From NCBI GenBank assembly GCA_018396775.1, contig JAGTRF010000006.1:17368-81367 (forward strand): 64,000 bases of DNA, given 5' to 3'. A program made the translations under genes and the position numbers. The first letter of the stretch is position 1; each line of letters opens with the position of its first letter. This DNA comes from Candidatus Bathyarchaeota archaeon (lineage in GTDB: Archaea > Thermoproteota > Bathyarchaeia > 40CM-2-53-6 > DTDX01). This document shows positions 9,672 through 19,180 of this stretch, in pieces. The notes below the pieces were generated by a model. The model worked only from the letters and a program-made list of their open reading frames with translations, was not told the origin of the DNA and searched no databases.

Positions 9672-11849
9672 TTGGTAAGAGAGACCCAGCTTAAAGTTGT
9701 TGACGCTAAGCAAAGAGATGTGGGACATGGAAAAGTTAGAATAGACGCTGAAACTATGAAGCTGCTTGGAGTTACGCCTGGAGATTTCGTTGAAATAAGA
9801 GGGAAAAAAACGACTGTTGCTGTAGCTTGGCCAGCTTATTCAGAAGATGAAGCTCAAGGAATAATTAGAATGGATGGTTTAGTTAGAAGGAACGCTGGAG
9901 TAGCTATAAATGAATATGTTTCTATAAGTAAAGCTGATGTAAAAGAGGCTAAAAGCATAGTTTTCGCTCCAACAGATGTTAGATTAAGCGTTGATCAAGA
10001 GTTTATAGATTTTGTTAGACGAAGGTTTATGGATACACCATTTATGGAAGGGGATGTAGTTATGCTTTCAATATTTGGAAGCGCTATTCCCCTTATAGTT
10101 ACTAGAGTTAGACCTAGAGGTCCAGTAAAGCTTACTGAATCAACTCATGTTCAAGTTTTAAGTGAACCTACACCAGAAAGAAAAGGAATACCAATGGTAA
10201 CTTATGAAGATATAGGCGGGCTTCATGAAGAAATTCAAAGAATAAGAGAAATGGTTGAGCTTCCTTTAAGGCATCCTGAGTTATTTCAAAGGCTTGGAAT
10301 AGAGCCGCCTAGAGGAGTTTTCCTTTATGGTCCTCCTGGATGCGGTAAAACTTTATTAGCTAAAGCTGTAGCAAATGAAAGCGAAGCAAACTTTTATGTA
10401 ATTTCAGGTCCAGAGATTATGAGTAAGTTTTATGGTGAATCTGAAGCTAGGCTTAGAGAAATATTCCAAAAAGCTCAAGAAACAGCTCCAAGCATTGTTT
10501 TTATTGATGAGCTTGATGCTATAGCTCCTAAAAGGGAGGAGGTTACTGGAGAAGTTGAAAGAAGAGTTGTAGCTCAACTTTTAGCTTTAATGGATGGAAT
10601 AGGTTCTAGAGGAAACATTATTGTTATTGGAGCTACTAATAGACCTAACGCTATTGACCCGGCTTTAAGAAGACCTGGAAGATTCGATAGAGAAATAGAA
10701 ATAGGAGTGCCAGATAAGAAAGGTAGACTTGAAATTCTTCAAATACATACAAGAAGCATGCCCTTAGCTGAAGATGTAAACTTAAAGAGGTTGGCTGAAA
10801 TTACTCATGGATATACAGGTGCGGATATAGCGGCTTTATGTCGTGAAGCAGCTATGAAGGCTTTAAGAAGATATCTTCCAGAAATAAATCTGGAAGAAGA
10901 ACGCATTCCACCCCAAATCTTAGAGAAAATGGTTGTTAAAATGGAGGATTTCATGAATGCTTATAAAGAGGTAACTCCAACAGCGATGAGAGAAATTTAC
11001 GTTGAGGTTCCAACAGTTAAATGGAAAGATGTAGGAGGCTTAGAAAAAGTTAAAGCGGAGTTAACGGAAGCTATTGAATGGCCTTTAAAAAGGCCTAACG
11101 CTTTTAAAAGATTAGGTATTAAACCGCCTAAAGGAATTCTTCTTTATGGTCCTCCTGGATGCGGTAAAACTTTATTAGCTAAAGCTGTAGCAAATGAAAG
11201 CGAAGCAAACTTTATATCAATTAAAGGTCCAGAAATATTTAGTAAATGGGTTGGAGAATCTGAAAAAGCTATTAGAGAAGTATTTAGAAAGGGTAGAACA
11301 GCAGCGCCTTCAATAATATTTTTCGATGAAATAGATGCTATAGTCCCTAGAAGAGGATTAGGCTACGCTGATTCAGGAGTTACTGAGAGAGTTATAAGCC
11401 AATTATTAACAGAGCTTGATGGAATAGAATCTTTAGAAAATGTTGTAGTTATGGGTGCTACTAATAGACCTGATATGCTTGATCCAGCAATTTTAAGGCC
11501 TGGAAGATTTGATAAATTAATTTATGTGCCAGCACCAGATGAGCATACTTTGCTTCAAATATATAAAATTCATACAAGAGATGTTCCATTAGCTAAAGAT
11601 GTTGATTTATCCCATCTAGCTAAAATCTCAATTGGTTATTCTGGAGCAGATGTTTCAGCTTTATGCCGTGAAGCGGCTATGAATGCTTTAAGAAAGAATC
11701 CAAACGCTAAGGAAGTTACATTTGAAGATTTTAAATTAGCTATGAATGAAGTTAAACCAAGCATAACCCCTGATATGGAAGCTTGGTATCAAAACTTCAT
11801 TAAAAGATTAAGAAGAGAGAAGGCAACAACACCTGTTGCAATAACTTGA
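9672..11849 (+). CDS. cdc48: Cdc48/VCP-like AAA+ ATPase (two AAA domains)
   Basis: N-domain followed by two Walker A sites ([17 protein letters not shown], twice) and two DE Walker B sites, in 725 aa. TTG start with GGAGG ~12 nt upstream. Confidence 0.85.
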   Translation: MVRETQLKVVDAKQRDVGHGKVRIDAETMKLLGVTPGDFVEIRGKKTTVAVAWPAYSEDEAQGIIRMDGLVRRNAGVAINEYVSISKADVKEAKSIVFAPTDVRLSVDQEFIDFVRRRFMDTPFMEGDVVMLSIFGSAIPLIVTRVRPRGPVKLTESTHVQVLSEPTPERKGIPMVTYEDIGGLHEEIQRIREMVELPLRHPELFQRLGIEPPRGVFLYGPPGCGKTLLAKAVANESEANFYVISGPEIMSKFYGESEARLREIFQKAQETAPSIVFIDELDAIAPKREEVTGEVERRVVAQLLALMDGIGSRGNIIVIGATNRPNAIDPALRRPGRFDREIEIGVPDKKGRLEILQIHTRSMPLAEDVNLKRLAEITHGYTGADIAALCREAAMKALRRYLPEINLEEERIPPQILEKMVVKMEDFMNAYKEVTPTAMREIYVEVPTVKWKDVGGLEKVKAELTEAIEWPLKRPNAFKRLGIKPPKGILLYGPPGCGKTLLAKAVANESEANFISIKGPEIFSKWVGESEKAIREVFRKGRTAAPSIIFFDEIDAIVPRRGLGYADSGVTERVISQLLTELDGIESLENVVVMGATNRPDMLDPAILRPGRFDKLIYVPAPDEHTLLQIYKIHTRDVPLAKDVDLSHLAKISIGYSGADVSALCREAAMNALRKNPNAKEVTFEDFKLAMNEVKPSITPDMEAWYQNFIKRLRREKATTPVAIT

Positions 11850-11859
11850 GGTTAAATTT

Positions 11860-12093
11860 ATGAGTAAAGTTTGGTCCTCAACACCATTATCTTTATTTAT
11901 AGTTGAAACTTTAGAGAAGAAGAAGTCAATGATAGATAAAGATGAGCTTTTAAAAGAAATTAAAGAAAAATATAATGAAATAAGTTTTAGAGAGTTAAAC
12001 AATATTTTATTAAAGCTTGAAGTCTTGGGTGTAATAAAGGTTTCAAGATTAATGAAAGGAAAACGGATAGTTGAATTAGCTAAAAACCTTTAA
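11860..12093 (+). CDS. Small hypothetical protein (possible winged-helix fold)
   Basis: 77-aa ORF immediately after cdc48; no recognisable motif. Confidence 0.3.
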   Translation: MSKVWSSTPLSLFIVETLEKKKSMIDKDELLKEIKEKYNEISFRELNNILLKLEVLGVIKVSRLMKGKRIVELAKNL

Positions 12094-12129
12094 GTTTTTT
12101 AAAATCTTTATTTTCTTTGGCGATAAAAA

Positions 12130-13302
12130 TTGAGTGAAACAGTTGACTTGCTTATTGTTGGAGCAGGCCCATGCGGTTCTTTCGCAGCTTTAACAGCTTC
12201 AAAATTAGGTTTAAAAGTTAAAGTTTATGAGGAGCATTCTGAGCCGGGGGTACCTGAGCATTGCCCCGGTCACATAAGCATTAGAGGTTTAAAAAACTTA
12301 AATTTAAATCCACCTAAAGAAATAATTGAAAATGAAATTAAAGGAATAAAACTTTACTCCCCAAGCGGCTTAAACTTAACTTTTGAAGATTCTAAACCAT
12401 CAGTCTACGTTGTTAATAGAAAATTATTTGATAAATGGCTTTATAATCAAGCTAAAAGCTTTAATGTAAATTATGTTTTTAACTCAAAAATAAAAAACTT
12501 AAGCTTTAATAAAAATGAGTTAACTGTAAAAGCTTTTTCCAAGAATGATGAGAGTGAAGCCCGATGCAGTTTTCTCATAGATGCGGAAGGCTCCAGTGGG
12601 TTCCTAGCTAGAAAAGCAGGTTTAATTAACGATAGAAAGCTTGTATGCGGGGTTCACGCGATTATTGAAGGGGTTAAAGATTTAGATGAAGATTTCGCTG
12701 AAGTTTATTTAGGAAGAAGTTTTTCTCCAAATTTTTTTGCTTGGATAATCCCTAAAGGCGGTAAAGAAGCTAAAGTAGGTTTAGCAGCTGAAAAAAAGAA
12801 TCCAATCGCTTTGTTAAAGCTTTTCATTAAAAAACATTCTTTAGCTTCAAAAAAAATTGGTAACGCTAAAATCTTAAGTTTATTTCCTCACCCAATACCA
12901 ATAAACGGTCCAATTAAAAAATTTTTTCATAAAAACTTTCTTGTTGCGGGAGATTCCGCATCTCAAGTTAAACCAACTACTGGTGGAGGATTAATTACAG
13001 GGTTTATAAGCGTTAAAATAGCTGTTGAAGCGATTTATGAAGGCGATAAGGATTTTGGTGAAAAATATCAAGCAAGATGGAATAAAACTTTAGGATTAAA
13101 CTTCTTTTTCATGCGTCAAGCAAGACGATTATTAAATTCTCTTCCAGATAAAGCTTTAGATAAAATATTTAATGTTGCTAAAAAACTTAATATTGAAGAA
13201 GCCCCTTTAATGAGTAACTTAGATTTTCAATTAAATTTAGTTAAACCTTTAGCGAAGAAGCCTTTTTCGTGGAAGGTTATTTCATTTCTCTCCTCTTTTT
13301 AA
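12130..13302 (+). CDS. Geranylgeranyl reductase family FAD-dependent oxidoreductase (digeranylgeranylglycerophospholipid reductase-like)
   Basis: N-terminal FAD motif LLIVGAGPCGSFAA, a conserved PxHCPGH region, and FLVAGDSASQVKPTTGGG (GD..G..P..G.G) near the C-terminus. Confidence 0.7.
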   Translation: MSETVDLLIVGAGPCGSFAALTASKLGLKVKVYEEHSEPGVPEHCPGHISIRGLKNLNLNPPKEIIENEIKGIKLYSPSGLNLTFEDSKPSVYVVNRKLFDKWLYNQAKSFNVNYVFNSKIKNLSFNKNELTVKAFSKNDESEARCSFLIDAEGSSGFLARKAGLINDRKLVCGVHAIIEGVKDLDEDFAEVYLGRSFSPNFFAWIIPKGGKEAKVGLAAEKKNPIALLKLFIKKHSLASKKIGNAKILSLFPHPIPINGPIKKFFHKNFLVAGDSASQVKPTTGGGLITGFISVKIAVEAIYEGDKDFGEKYQARWNKTLGLNFFFMRQARRLLNSLPDKALDKIFNVAKKLNIEEAPLMSNLDFQLNLVKPLAKKPFSWKVISFLSSF

Positions 13303-13817
13303 GCTTTTTCAAACTCTATTCTTAAACTCATGCCTTTAACTTCTTTCGCTATTTTTTTTACTTCTTCAAAATCTATAGGAAGTCTTTTAGGTTGCCTACC
13401 TGGTAGAATTACTTTAGTTTCTGTTGAGCCATCAGGCAACCAAACTGTGTTAACAGTTAATATTGAGAATGGGCTTAAAAGCTCTTCTAAAAACTCTCTT
13501 TCGCTGCTTCCATAACTTAAAAGCTTAATTCGTTTTTTCCCAATTTTCTCAGCTAAAGCCTTAATTATTTTTCCTCCTTGAGTTAAAATTTGAATCATAT
13601 CTTTTTTATTAACTAAAATAGCTAAAGTGTTATTGGTTTCAACAGATTTATGAAGAAACACCTTTTTTAAAACTGGGTAATCTTTCTCCAGCTCCACTAA
13701 AACCTTTATAACTTTAAAATCTAGCGAGGTAACTTGACCTTTCCTCAATTTTTCCTCGCATTTAGCGCATAATACTCCGCTTTTAACGCAAAACTCATCT
13801 AAAATAGTTTTAACCAT
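13299..13817 (-). CDS. Putative RNA-binding protein with N-terminal Zn-ribbon and KH-like domain
   Basis: CVKSGVLCAKCEEK zinc ribbon followed by a GGKIIKAL...IGKK KH-like GxxG region. Family assignment uncertain. Confidence 0.3.
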   Translation of the reverse strand: MVKTILDEFCVKSGVLCAKCEEKLRKGQVTSLDFKVIKVLVELEKDYPVLKKVFLHKSVETNNTLAILVNKKDMIQILTQGGKIIKALAEKIGKKRIKLLSYGSSEREFLEELLSPFSILTVNTVWLPDGSTETKVILPGRQPKRLPIDFEEVKKIAKEVKGMSLRIEFEKA

Positions 13818-13934
13818 AATCTTTCATCACAGTTTCATTTCAATATAAGCAAGCAGCTTTAAATTATTTACGGTTAAATAATTTTATAAGAAAGTATTAA
13901 ACCTTAAAACCCTGCTTTAAAGGAGATTTAAAGA

Positions 13935-15254
13935 ATGGTGGATGAACTGGAAAATTGGCGGAGAACACATTATTCAAAGGAGATTTCCCCAAAGCTTGAT
14001 GGAAAAGAAGTCATAGTTTTCGGGTGGATTGAAGATATTAGAGATTTAGGGAAAATAGCTTTTTACACTTTAAGAGATCGAGAAGGCTTAATCCAATTTA
14101 CTATTCATAAAAAAAAGGCTTCAGAAAAGCTTTTAGAAAAATTAAGCTCTATTAAAAGGCAATATGCCATAGGTGTTAAAGGAATAATTAAAGCAAATCC
14201 TGAAGCCCCTAAAGGCGTAGAGTTAACGCCTTTAGAAGTTAAAATTCTTGGTGAAGCTTCGCATCCTCTTCCTTTAGATCCAACAGGAAGAGTTCCAGCT
14301 GATCTTGATACTAGGTTAAAAACTAGAATTCTAGATTTACGAAGACCTGAATGCCGAGCCATATTCTTAATTAAACATGAAGTAACTAATGCTATAAGAA
14401 GTTTTCTTGTAAATAAAGGTTACATAGAGGTTCATACGCCTAGAATTATATCAGCTGCAGCTGAAGGAGGCGCAGCTTTATTCTCAATAAAATATTTTGA
14501 TGCTCAAGCTTATTTAGCTCAAAGCCCCGAGCTTTATAAAGAGCAGTTAATTACTGTTTTCGAGAAAGTTTTTGAGATTGGAACATTCTTTAGAGCTGAA
14601 GAAGCACATACCCGCCGTCATTTAAACGAGTTTATTTCAGTAGATCTTGAAGAAGCTTTCGTAACTATGGATGATGTAATGAAAACGCAGGAAGAAATGA
14701 TTGCTTATGCTATTTCAAAAGTAAAAGAAAATCGTAAAGAAGAATTAGAAACATTAAGCGTAACGCTTGATACGCCTAAAACCCCGTTTAAAAGATATAC
14801 GTACGATGAGATTTTAAATGAGCTTAAAAATGTAGGAGAAACAATAGAATGGGGAGAAGATATTTCAACTCCAGCCTATAGAAAACTTAGAAAACTTCAC
14901 TTAAATGAATTTTATTTTATAGTTGATTGGCCATCGAAGGCTAGACCTTTCTATATAAAACCTAAAGAAAATAACGCTAAGCTAAGCTATGCTTTCGATT
15001 TAATGTATGAATGGGTTGAAGTAGCTTCAGGAGGATCAAGAGTTGATAAAAAAACGGTATTTTTAGAAAGATTAAAAGAGCAAAAGTTGAATCCTGAATC
15101 TTTTAAATTTTATTTAGATGTTTTCGATTATGGAATGCCGCCTCATGCTGGTTGGGGATTAGGGTTAGATAGATTAATCATGGCGCTTTTAAAAATACAA
15201 AACATTAGAGAAGCAGTTTTATTTCCTAGAGATAAATTTCTGCTTGTTCCATGA
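13935..15254 (+). CDS. aspS: Aspartyl-tRNA synthetase, archaeal type (class IIb)
   Basis: OB-fold anticodon-binding N-terminus, class II motifs (FRAEEAHTRRHLNEF, GGSRVD, GLGLDRL), 439 aa. Confidence 0.8.
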   Translation: MVDELENWRRTHYSKEISPKLDGKEVIVFGWIEDIRDLGKIAFYTLRDREGLIQFTIHKKKASEKLLEKLSSIKRQYAIGVKGIIKANPEAPKGVELTPLEVKILGEASHPLPLDPTGRVPADLDTRLKTRILDLRRPECRAIFLIKHEVTNAIRSFLVNKGYIEVHTPRIISAAAEGGAALFSIKYFDAQAYLAQSPELYKEQLITVFEKVFEIGTFFRAEEAHTRRHLNEFISVDLEEAFVTMDDVMKTQEEMIAYAISKVKENRKEELETLSVTLDTPKTPFKRYTYDEILNELKNVGETIEWGEDISTPAYRKLRKLHLNEFYFIVDWPSKARPFYIKPKENNAKLSYAFDLMYEWVEVASGGSRVDKKTVFLERLKEQKLNPESFKFYLDVFDYGMPPHAGWGLGLDRLIMALLKIQNIREAVLFPRDKFLLVP

Positions 15255-15259
15255 AAGAA

Positions 15260-15424
15260 CTATTTAGCGCCTAATTCTCTTTTCTTCCATCTTAAATTTC
15301 TGCTTCTGCATTTTCTGCATTTCTCAGCTGAAGAAGCGTTTTTAGCTCCACATTTCCTACAAACTTTATAGTAAAGCCTATGTTTTTGAGCCAGCTGCTT
15401 TTTAAATATTTCAGTAATAGGCAT
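15260..15424 (-). CDS. rpl40e: Ribosomal protein L40e (not in supplied ORF track)
   Basis: Manual minus-strand translation gives MPITEIFKKQLAQKHRLYYKVCRKCGAKNASSAEKCRKCRSRNLRWKKRELGAK (54 aa). This is a C4 zinc-ribbon basic protein matching archaeal L40e. Confidence 0.75.
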   Translation of the reverse strand: MPITEIFKKQLAQKHRLYYKVCRKCGAKNASSAEKCRKCRSRNLRWKKRELGAK

Positions 15425-15501
15425 TTTTGACTCCTTTCCCCTTTTTACCTTAAAGAAGAAGCTTATTAAAAGAGTTTCGATTTATTTTAATTTTTCGCTT
15501 T

Positions 15502-16209
15502 TCATTTAACTATAAAAGCTAAAATAAAAGCTAGAGAATCATTAAGCGAGTGCGCAACAGCAACTGAAATAATGCTTTTTCGCCGATAGTAAACCCAGCC
15601 ATATAATAAGCCTAGAATAAAAGTAGATATACTTCTAACCCAAAATCTGAAATCTAAATGCGCTAAACTGAAAATAAAAGCGCTGGCTAAAACGCTTATG
15701 AAGACCCCTTTCCATTTAGCAAATGCGGTTTGAATTAATCCTCTAAAAAATAACTCTTCACATGGTCCGATAAAAATCCAAGATAAAGCTATAAAGGTTA
15801 TAAGACTCCATAAACTTTTAGGCGTTAAAACTTCAATTAACTCTTTAGGCGCTTCAATTGGATAGAAATAATTAATTAAAGCCGCAGTAATTATAGCGAG
15901 AAACCATCCAATAAAACCATAAAGAAGACCAATTTTAAAATCTGCTGACAAATTGATTGAAAATAACCCTAGCTCTTTCTTAAGGTTATCTTTAAAAATT
16001 AAAGCTCCAAAAATAATTGAAGCAAAACCGAAAACGCTTTCATTAACAATTATAATTACAGGCAAAAAAGTTGAAGAATCATAAATGTTAATGCTTAAAG
16101 CCTCTGAATAAAAAACCAATATTGCTCCATCTAAAAAGGCTATTAAAGCAAACGTTATAATAAATGCTGAAACGCTTAATAAAACTCCGCTAAAACCTTT
16201 ATTCACCAT
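15502..16209 (-). CDS. CPBP-family (CAAX/Abi) intramembrane metalloprotease
   Basis: Multi-TM protein with the EELFFRG motif and a downstream FxxxH region typical of CPBP proteases. Confidence 0.65.
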   Translation of the reverse strand: MVNKGFSGVLLSVSAFIITFALIAFLDGAILVFYSEALSINIYDSSTFLPVIIIVNESVFGFASIIFGALIFKDNLKKELGLFSINLSADFKIGLLYGFIGWFLAIITAALINYFYPIEAPKELIEVLTPKSLWSLITFIALSWIFIGPCEELFFRGLIQTAFAKWKGVFISVLASAFIFSLAHLDFRFWVRSISTFILGLLYGWVYYRRKSIISVAVAHSLNDSLAFILAFIVK

Positions 16210-16334
16210 ATTTTCTCAAGCTTTAAAAAGCTTTAATGAATTAATAAGTTTAATCCAAAAATTACAAGTTTATTAATTTGAAATAACTGAATTTTTACTA
16301 TTAAGTTAAAATTTTTAAATTTAGAAAAATAAAG

Positions 16335-16410
16335 GGGCCGGTAGTCCAGTCTGGTTAACGACGCCGCCCTCACACGGCGGAGATCCCCGGTTCAAATCCG
16401 GGCCGGCCCA
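16335..16410 (+). tRNA. tRNA-Val (anticodon CAC)
   Basis: Hand-folded cloverleaf: acceptor GGGCCGG/CCGGCCC, anticodon stem CCGCC/GGCGG with loop CUCACAC (anticodon CAC), T-arm CCCGG-TTCAAAT-CCGGG, discriminator A. CCA not encoded. TATA-like ttttaaat ~30 nt upstream. Confidence 0.8.
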
Positions 16411-16427
16411 CTAAATTTTTTGAGTGA

Positions 16428-16604
16428 GTCAGCAAGTTCGCCTCCAGTTTACTTGAGGATGTTTTGAAGGCCAAGTATGCTTACTTGCTTAGGGGTGAAG
16501 ATGTTAGGCGCTGGTTTGAGGACTTGACTGCTAAATCCTACGTTACCGCTACTGTTTACCTTAGGAGTTTAGGCTTCTACTGTAAGCTGCACCATAGCGA
16601 GTGA
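16428..16604 (+). pseudogene. Possible remnant of a tyrosine-recombinase (integrase) N-terminal SAM-like domain
   Basis: Open frame without canonical start encodes ...LLEDVLKAKYAYLLRGEDVRRWFEDLTAKSYVTATVYLRSLGFYCKLHHSE*. The .T...Y.R.L..F pattern matches integrase N-terminal core-binding domains. Sits in a locally GC-richer ~300-bp stretch directly 3' of the tRNA. Confidence 0.3.
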
Positions 16605-16714
16605 GGAGGACCCCGAAAGGAGTTAGAAAGAATCATTAGGATGGCAACGCTTAGAGGAAGAGTTTAAACAGCTTTAATGGCTTTTAGCGGGCTTAGAGTG
16701 GAAAGTCTCAGAAA

Positions 16715-17359
16715 CTATGATGTACAATTTTTATAATAATGCTGCCGCATGTATTTTTTATTAAGAATTTCATTAATTAATTTTAGTTCGTGGATAGTAT
16801 TTACATTAATAGCTAGCTCCGCTTTATTTAAAACCAATATTTCTTCTTCAATATATGCTTTTTTAATCATTGTTCCATTAATAACGTTTATTCCAATTGG
16901 AGAAGCCATTACTCCATTAATGTTAAATATATAATCTGGAGTTAAACCCAATTTTTTGAATAATGTTAAAGGAACCATGACAGATAAGGCAGGTTTATCG
17001 CTTTTTATGTAATAGGTTATAATTTCTTTTATAGTTTTGCTACCGATTAAGGGTATATCAGAAGGTAAAATCAATACATCTTTAAGATTTAACTTTTTAA
17101 TAACGTATTGATAGTCACTAATGTATCCTTCTCCTGGAGTTTCTATAACTTTGAGCATTAATTTTGATGCTATCTTACCTGTCTTTCTAGTGTTTTTTGA
17201 AACAGCAATTATTATTTTAGAGGTTACTTTAGATTTTTTAACAGCTTCTACAACCCATTGAAACATAGGTTTATTCATTATTTTTATAAGCGGTTTTTCG
17301 CATTTAATTTTCATTCTAGAGCCTTTTCCACCAGCCATAATTAATGTTGTTAAATCCAT
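16715..17359 (-). CDS. cobY: Adenosylcobinamide-phosphate guanylyltransferase, archaeal type (CobY)
   Basis: NTP-transferase N-terminus LIMAGGKGSRM; ~214 aa; terminal gene of the cbiB-cobT-cbiZ-cobS cluster. Confidence 0.6.
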   Translation of the reverse strand: MDLTTLIMAGGKGSRMKIKCEKPLIKIMNKPMFQWVVEAVKKSKVTSKIIIAVSKNTRKTGKIASKLMLKVIETPGEGYISDYQYVIKKLNLKDVLILPSDIPLIGSKTIKEIITYYIKSDKPALSVMVPLTLFKKLGLTPDYIFNINGVMASPIGINVINGTMIKKAYIEEEILVLNKAELAINVNTIHELKLINEILNKKYMRQHYYKNCTS

Positions 17360-18102
17360 TAAACCACCAAACCTGCGATAACTAAAGATAACATTCTAGA
17401 AATTTCATTTAAAGCGCCTAATATATCACCTGTGACTCCACCAAACTTGGTATTTGAAATGATAAAAAGTATTAATGAGGTTATTAATCCGCTTATTAAA
17501 ATTAAAATTCCAAAAAAAGAGAAAGTGAGAAAAATTATTATTGCAGATGTGATTAAAGCTAGAAAAAATCTAATTAAACCTTTTTTTCCTTTCATTCCTT
17601 TAATAAAGCTTGCGCCTAAACCATTATAAGCAGGTTTAGATATTAAAGCTAGAAAAACCATAGAAAGCTTAGCTGAAGTTTCCGAGGCTATTAACGTTTG
17701 AAGCAAAAAATTGAAATTTAATTGATAAATAGCGAAGATTGAAGAAAGCGTTACTAAAGTGGTTAATGTTAAACCACCTATACCTAAATTAACATCACGC
17801 ATAGCTTTTAACTTATCTTCTTTAACTCCAGAAGCCATTACTCCATCTCCAAAATCTGCTAAACCATCAAGATGGTGGAGGCCAGTTATTAATAATAAAA
17901 GCCCTAAAGTAAACAAGCTTGTCAATAAGCGTGAAAGAAAATGTGATATTAATAGACTAAAGATTCCAGCTGTAAAACCTATCATTGCTCCAATGATAGG
18001 AAAAAAATACATTCCATTGATAGCATCAATTAAACTTCCCTCATTTACGGGAAAAATTGTTAAAAAAGCTATTGCACTTTTAAACTCTTTTAAAATTTTC
18101 AT
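17359..18102 (-). CDS. cobS: Adenosylcobinamide-GDP ribazoletransferase (cobalamin synthase)
   Basis: Polytopic membrane protein with the hallmark HLDGLADFGDG motif. Confidence 0.85.
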   Translation of the reverse strand: MKILKEFKSAIAFLTIFPVNEGSLIDAINGMYFFPIIGAMIGFTAGIFSLLISHFLSRLLTSLFTLGLLLLITGLHHLDGLADFGDGVMASGVKEDKLKAMRDVNLGIGGLTLTTLVTLSSIFAIYQLNFNFLLQTLIASETSAKLSMVFLALISKPAYNGLGASFIKGMKGKKGLIRFFLALITSAIIIFLTFSFFGILILISGLITSLILFIISNTKFGGVTGDILGALNEISRMLSLVIAGLVV

Positions 18103-18103
18103 A

Positions 18104-19177
18104 TTATTTACAGCTCTTTAGCTTTGAGAGAACTCCTGCTAACAAACCCTTTATAACGCTTTTTGAGAATAATCCTAAGTTTAAAGTTTTTAATTCATTT
18201 TTACGCAAATTTAAAAACTCTTTAACTCCGTAATCTTCATTTACAATTTTAGCTATATGCAACCCGAAAATTTTATCGATTAACTCTAAGTTAATGGTTT
18301 TATCCATTTTTGGAATTAATCCTCTAAGGTAATCTTCCTCTATTCTTAAACCAGCTATAGTTAATAAAGATATTTCAGCGTTTTTTAAGCTGTTTTCAAT
18401 AAACTTTTTTACTTCCTCTTTAGAAAAACATTTTAATTCGGGATAACGCTTAAAAATCACATCTATTATATGATCTAATGTTACTCCTCTTTCCTCTAAA
18501 CGATTAATAAGCGGTCGATTTGAGTAAAATGAATGTTGTTTTTGTATAGCTTCTTTAACAGCCTCTCGAACTATTTTTCCAGTTGCTATTCCTAGATTTG
18601 TTCCAGTTCCAGCGTAATTTATGGTTTCTCCCCTTCCTGTGCAAGCTAATGCAATAGCATCCGTAGTGGTACTGCTTGCTAATTCACCGCTAAATTTGCT
18701 TCTAACATCAAGATCAATTAACGCCATTGATTTAGCTTCTGTAACTGTTTCAATTAGATTCACCATACAGCTTTTAGATAATCGACCATCAATCAAAACT
18801 ATTATATTTATCGTGCCTAAATATGGTTGAGTACTATTCTCTCCTACTGAAACTGCATTTGAGATTCCAGCTGTAACGATGGTGCAAACAGAAAAATTTT
18901 TTTGAATAGAATATTTTAATGCATATTTAGTTATATCTGCGGCGGTCATTAATCCAACTATGGGTTTAGGAAAGCTTATTAACACCTTTCTTAAAAAGGC
19001 TTTAGGATTTCTATTAGAAAAATCTTTATCAACTTGATAATTAACTATAGCTTTAACTTTTCGAAAACCACCGTTTAATACAGCTGAGCTTAAAGCTTGA
19101 TATTTCCCCTCGAATTCTAACGATAAACATTTCTCCTTAATAGAGAATTTAACTCCTTTTATTGGGATTTCACTCAT
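18104..19177 (-). CDS. cbiZ: CbiZ-family adenosylcobinamide amidohydrolase-like protein with ~130-aa C-terminal extension
   Basis: N-terminal region with LSSAVLNGG matches CbiZ (PF01955-like). The C-terminal ~130 aa is extra relative to stand-alone CbiZ. Sits between cobT and cobS. Confidence 0.5.
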   Translation of the reverse strand: MSEIPIKGVKFSIKEKCLSLEFEGKYQALSSAVLNGGFRKVKAIVNYQVDKDFSNRNPKAFLRKVLISFPKPIVGLMTAADITKYALKYSIQKNFSVCTIVTAGISNAVSVGENSTQPYLGTINIIVLIDGRLSKSCMVNLIETVTEAKSMALIDLDVRSKFSGELASSTTTDAIALACTGRGETINYAGTGTNLGIATGKIVREAVKEAIQKQHSFYSNRPLINRLEERGVTLDHIIDVIFKRYPELKCFSKEEVKKFIENSLKNAEISLLTIAGLRIEEDYLRGLIPKMDKTINLELIDKIFGLHIAKIVNEDYGVKEFLNLRKNELKTLNLGLFSKSVIKGLLAGVLSKLKSCK

Positions 19178-19180
19178 TAT

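Noticed and set aside
16411-16714. Considered whether the GC-richer stretch after tRNA-Val is RNase P RNA or SRP RNA
   Set aside because: A GGAAAGTC-like element occurs near the 3' end rather than the 5' (P4) position. No CR-II/III or ACAGAA-CCGGCUUA-like CR-V motif is present in the right order. No SRP helix-8 motifs were seen. Left as a possible integrase remnant or unknown ncRNA.
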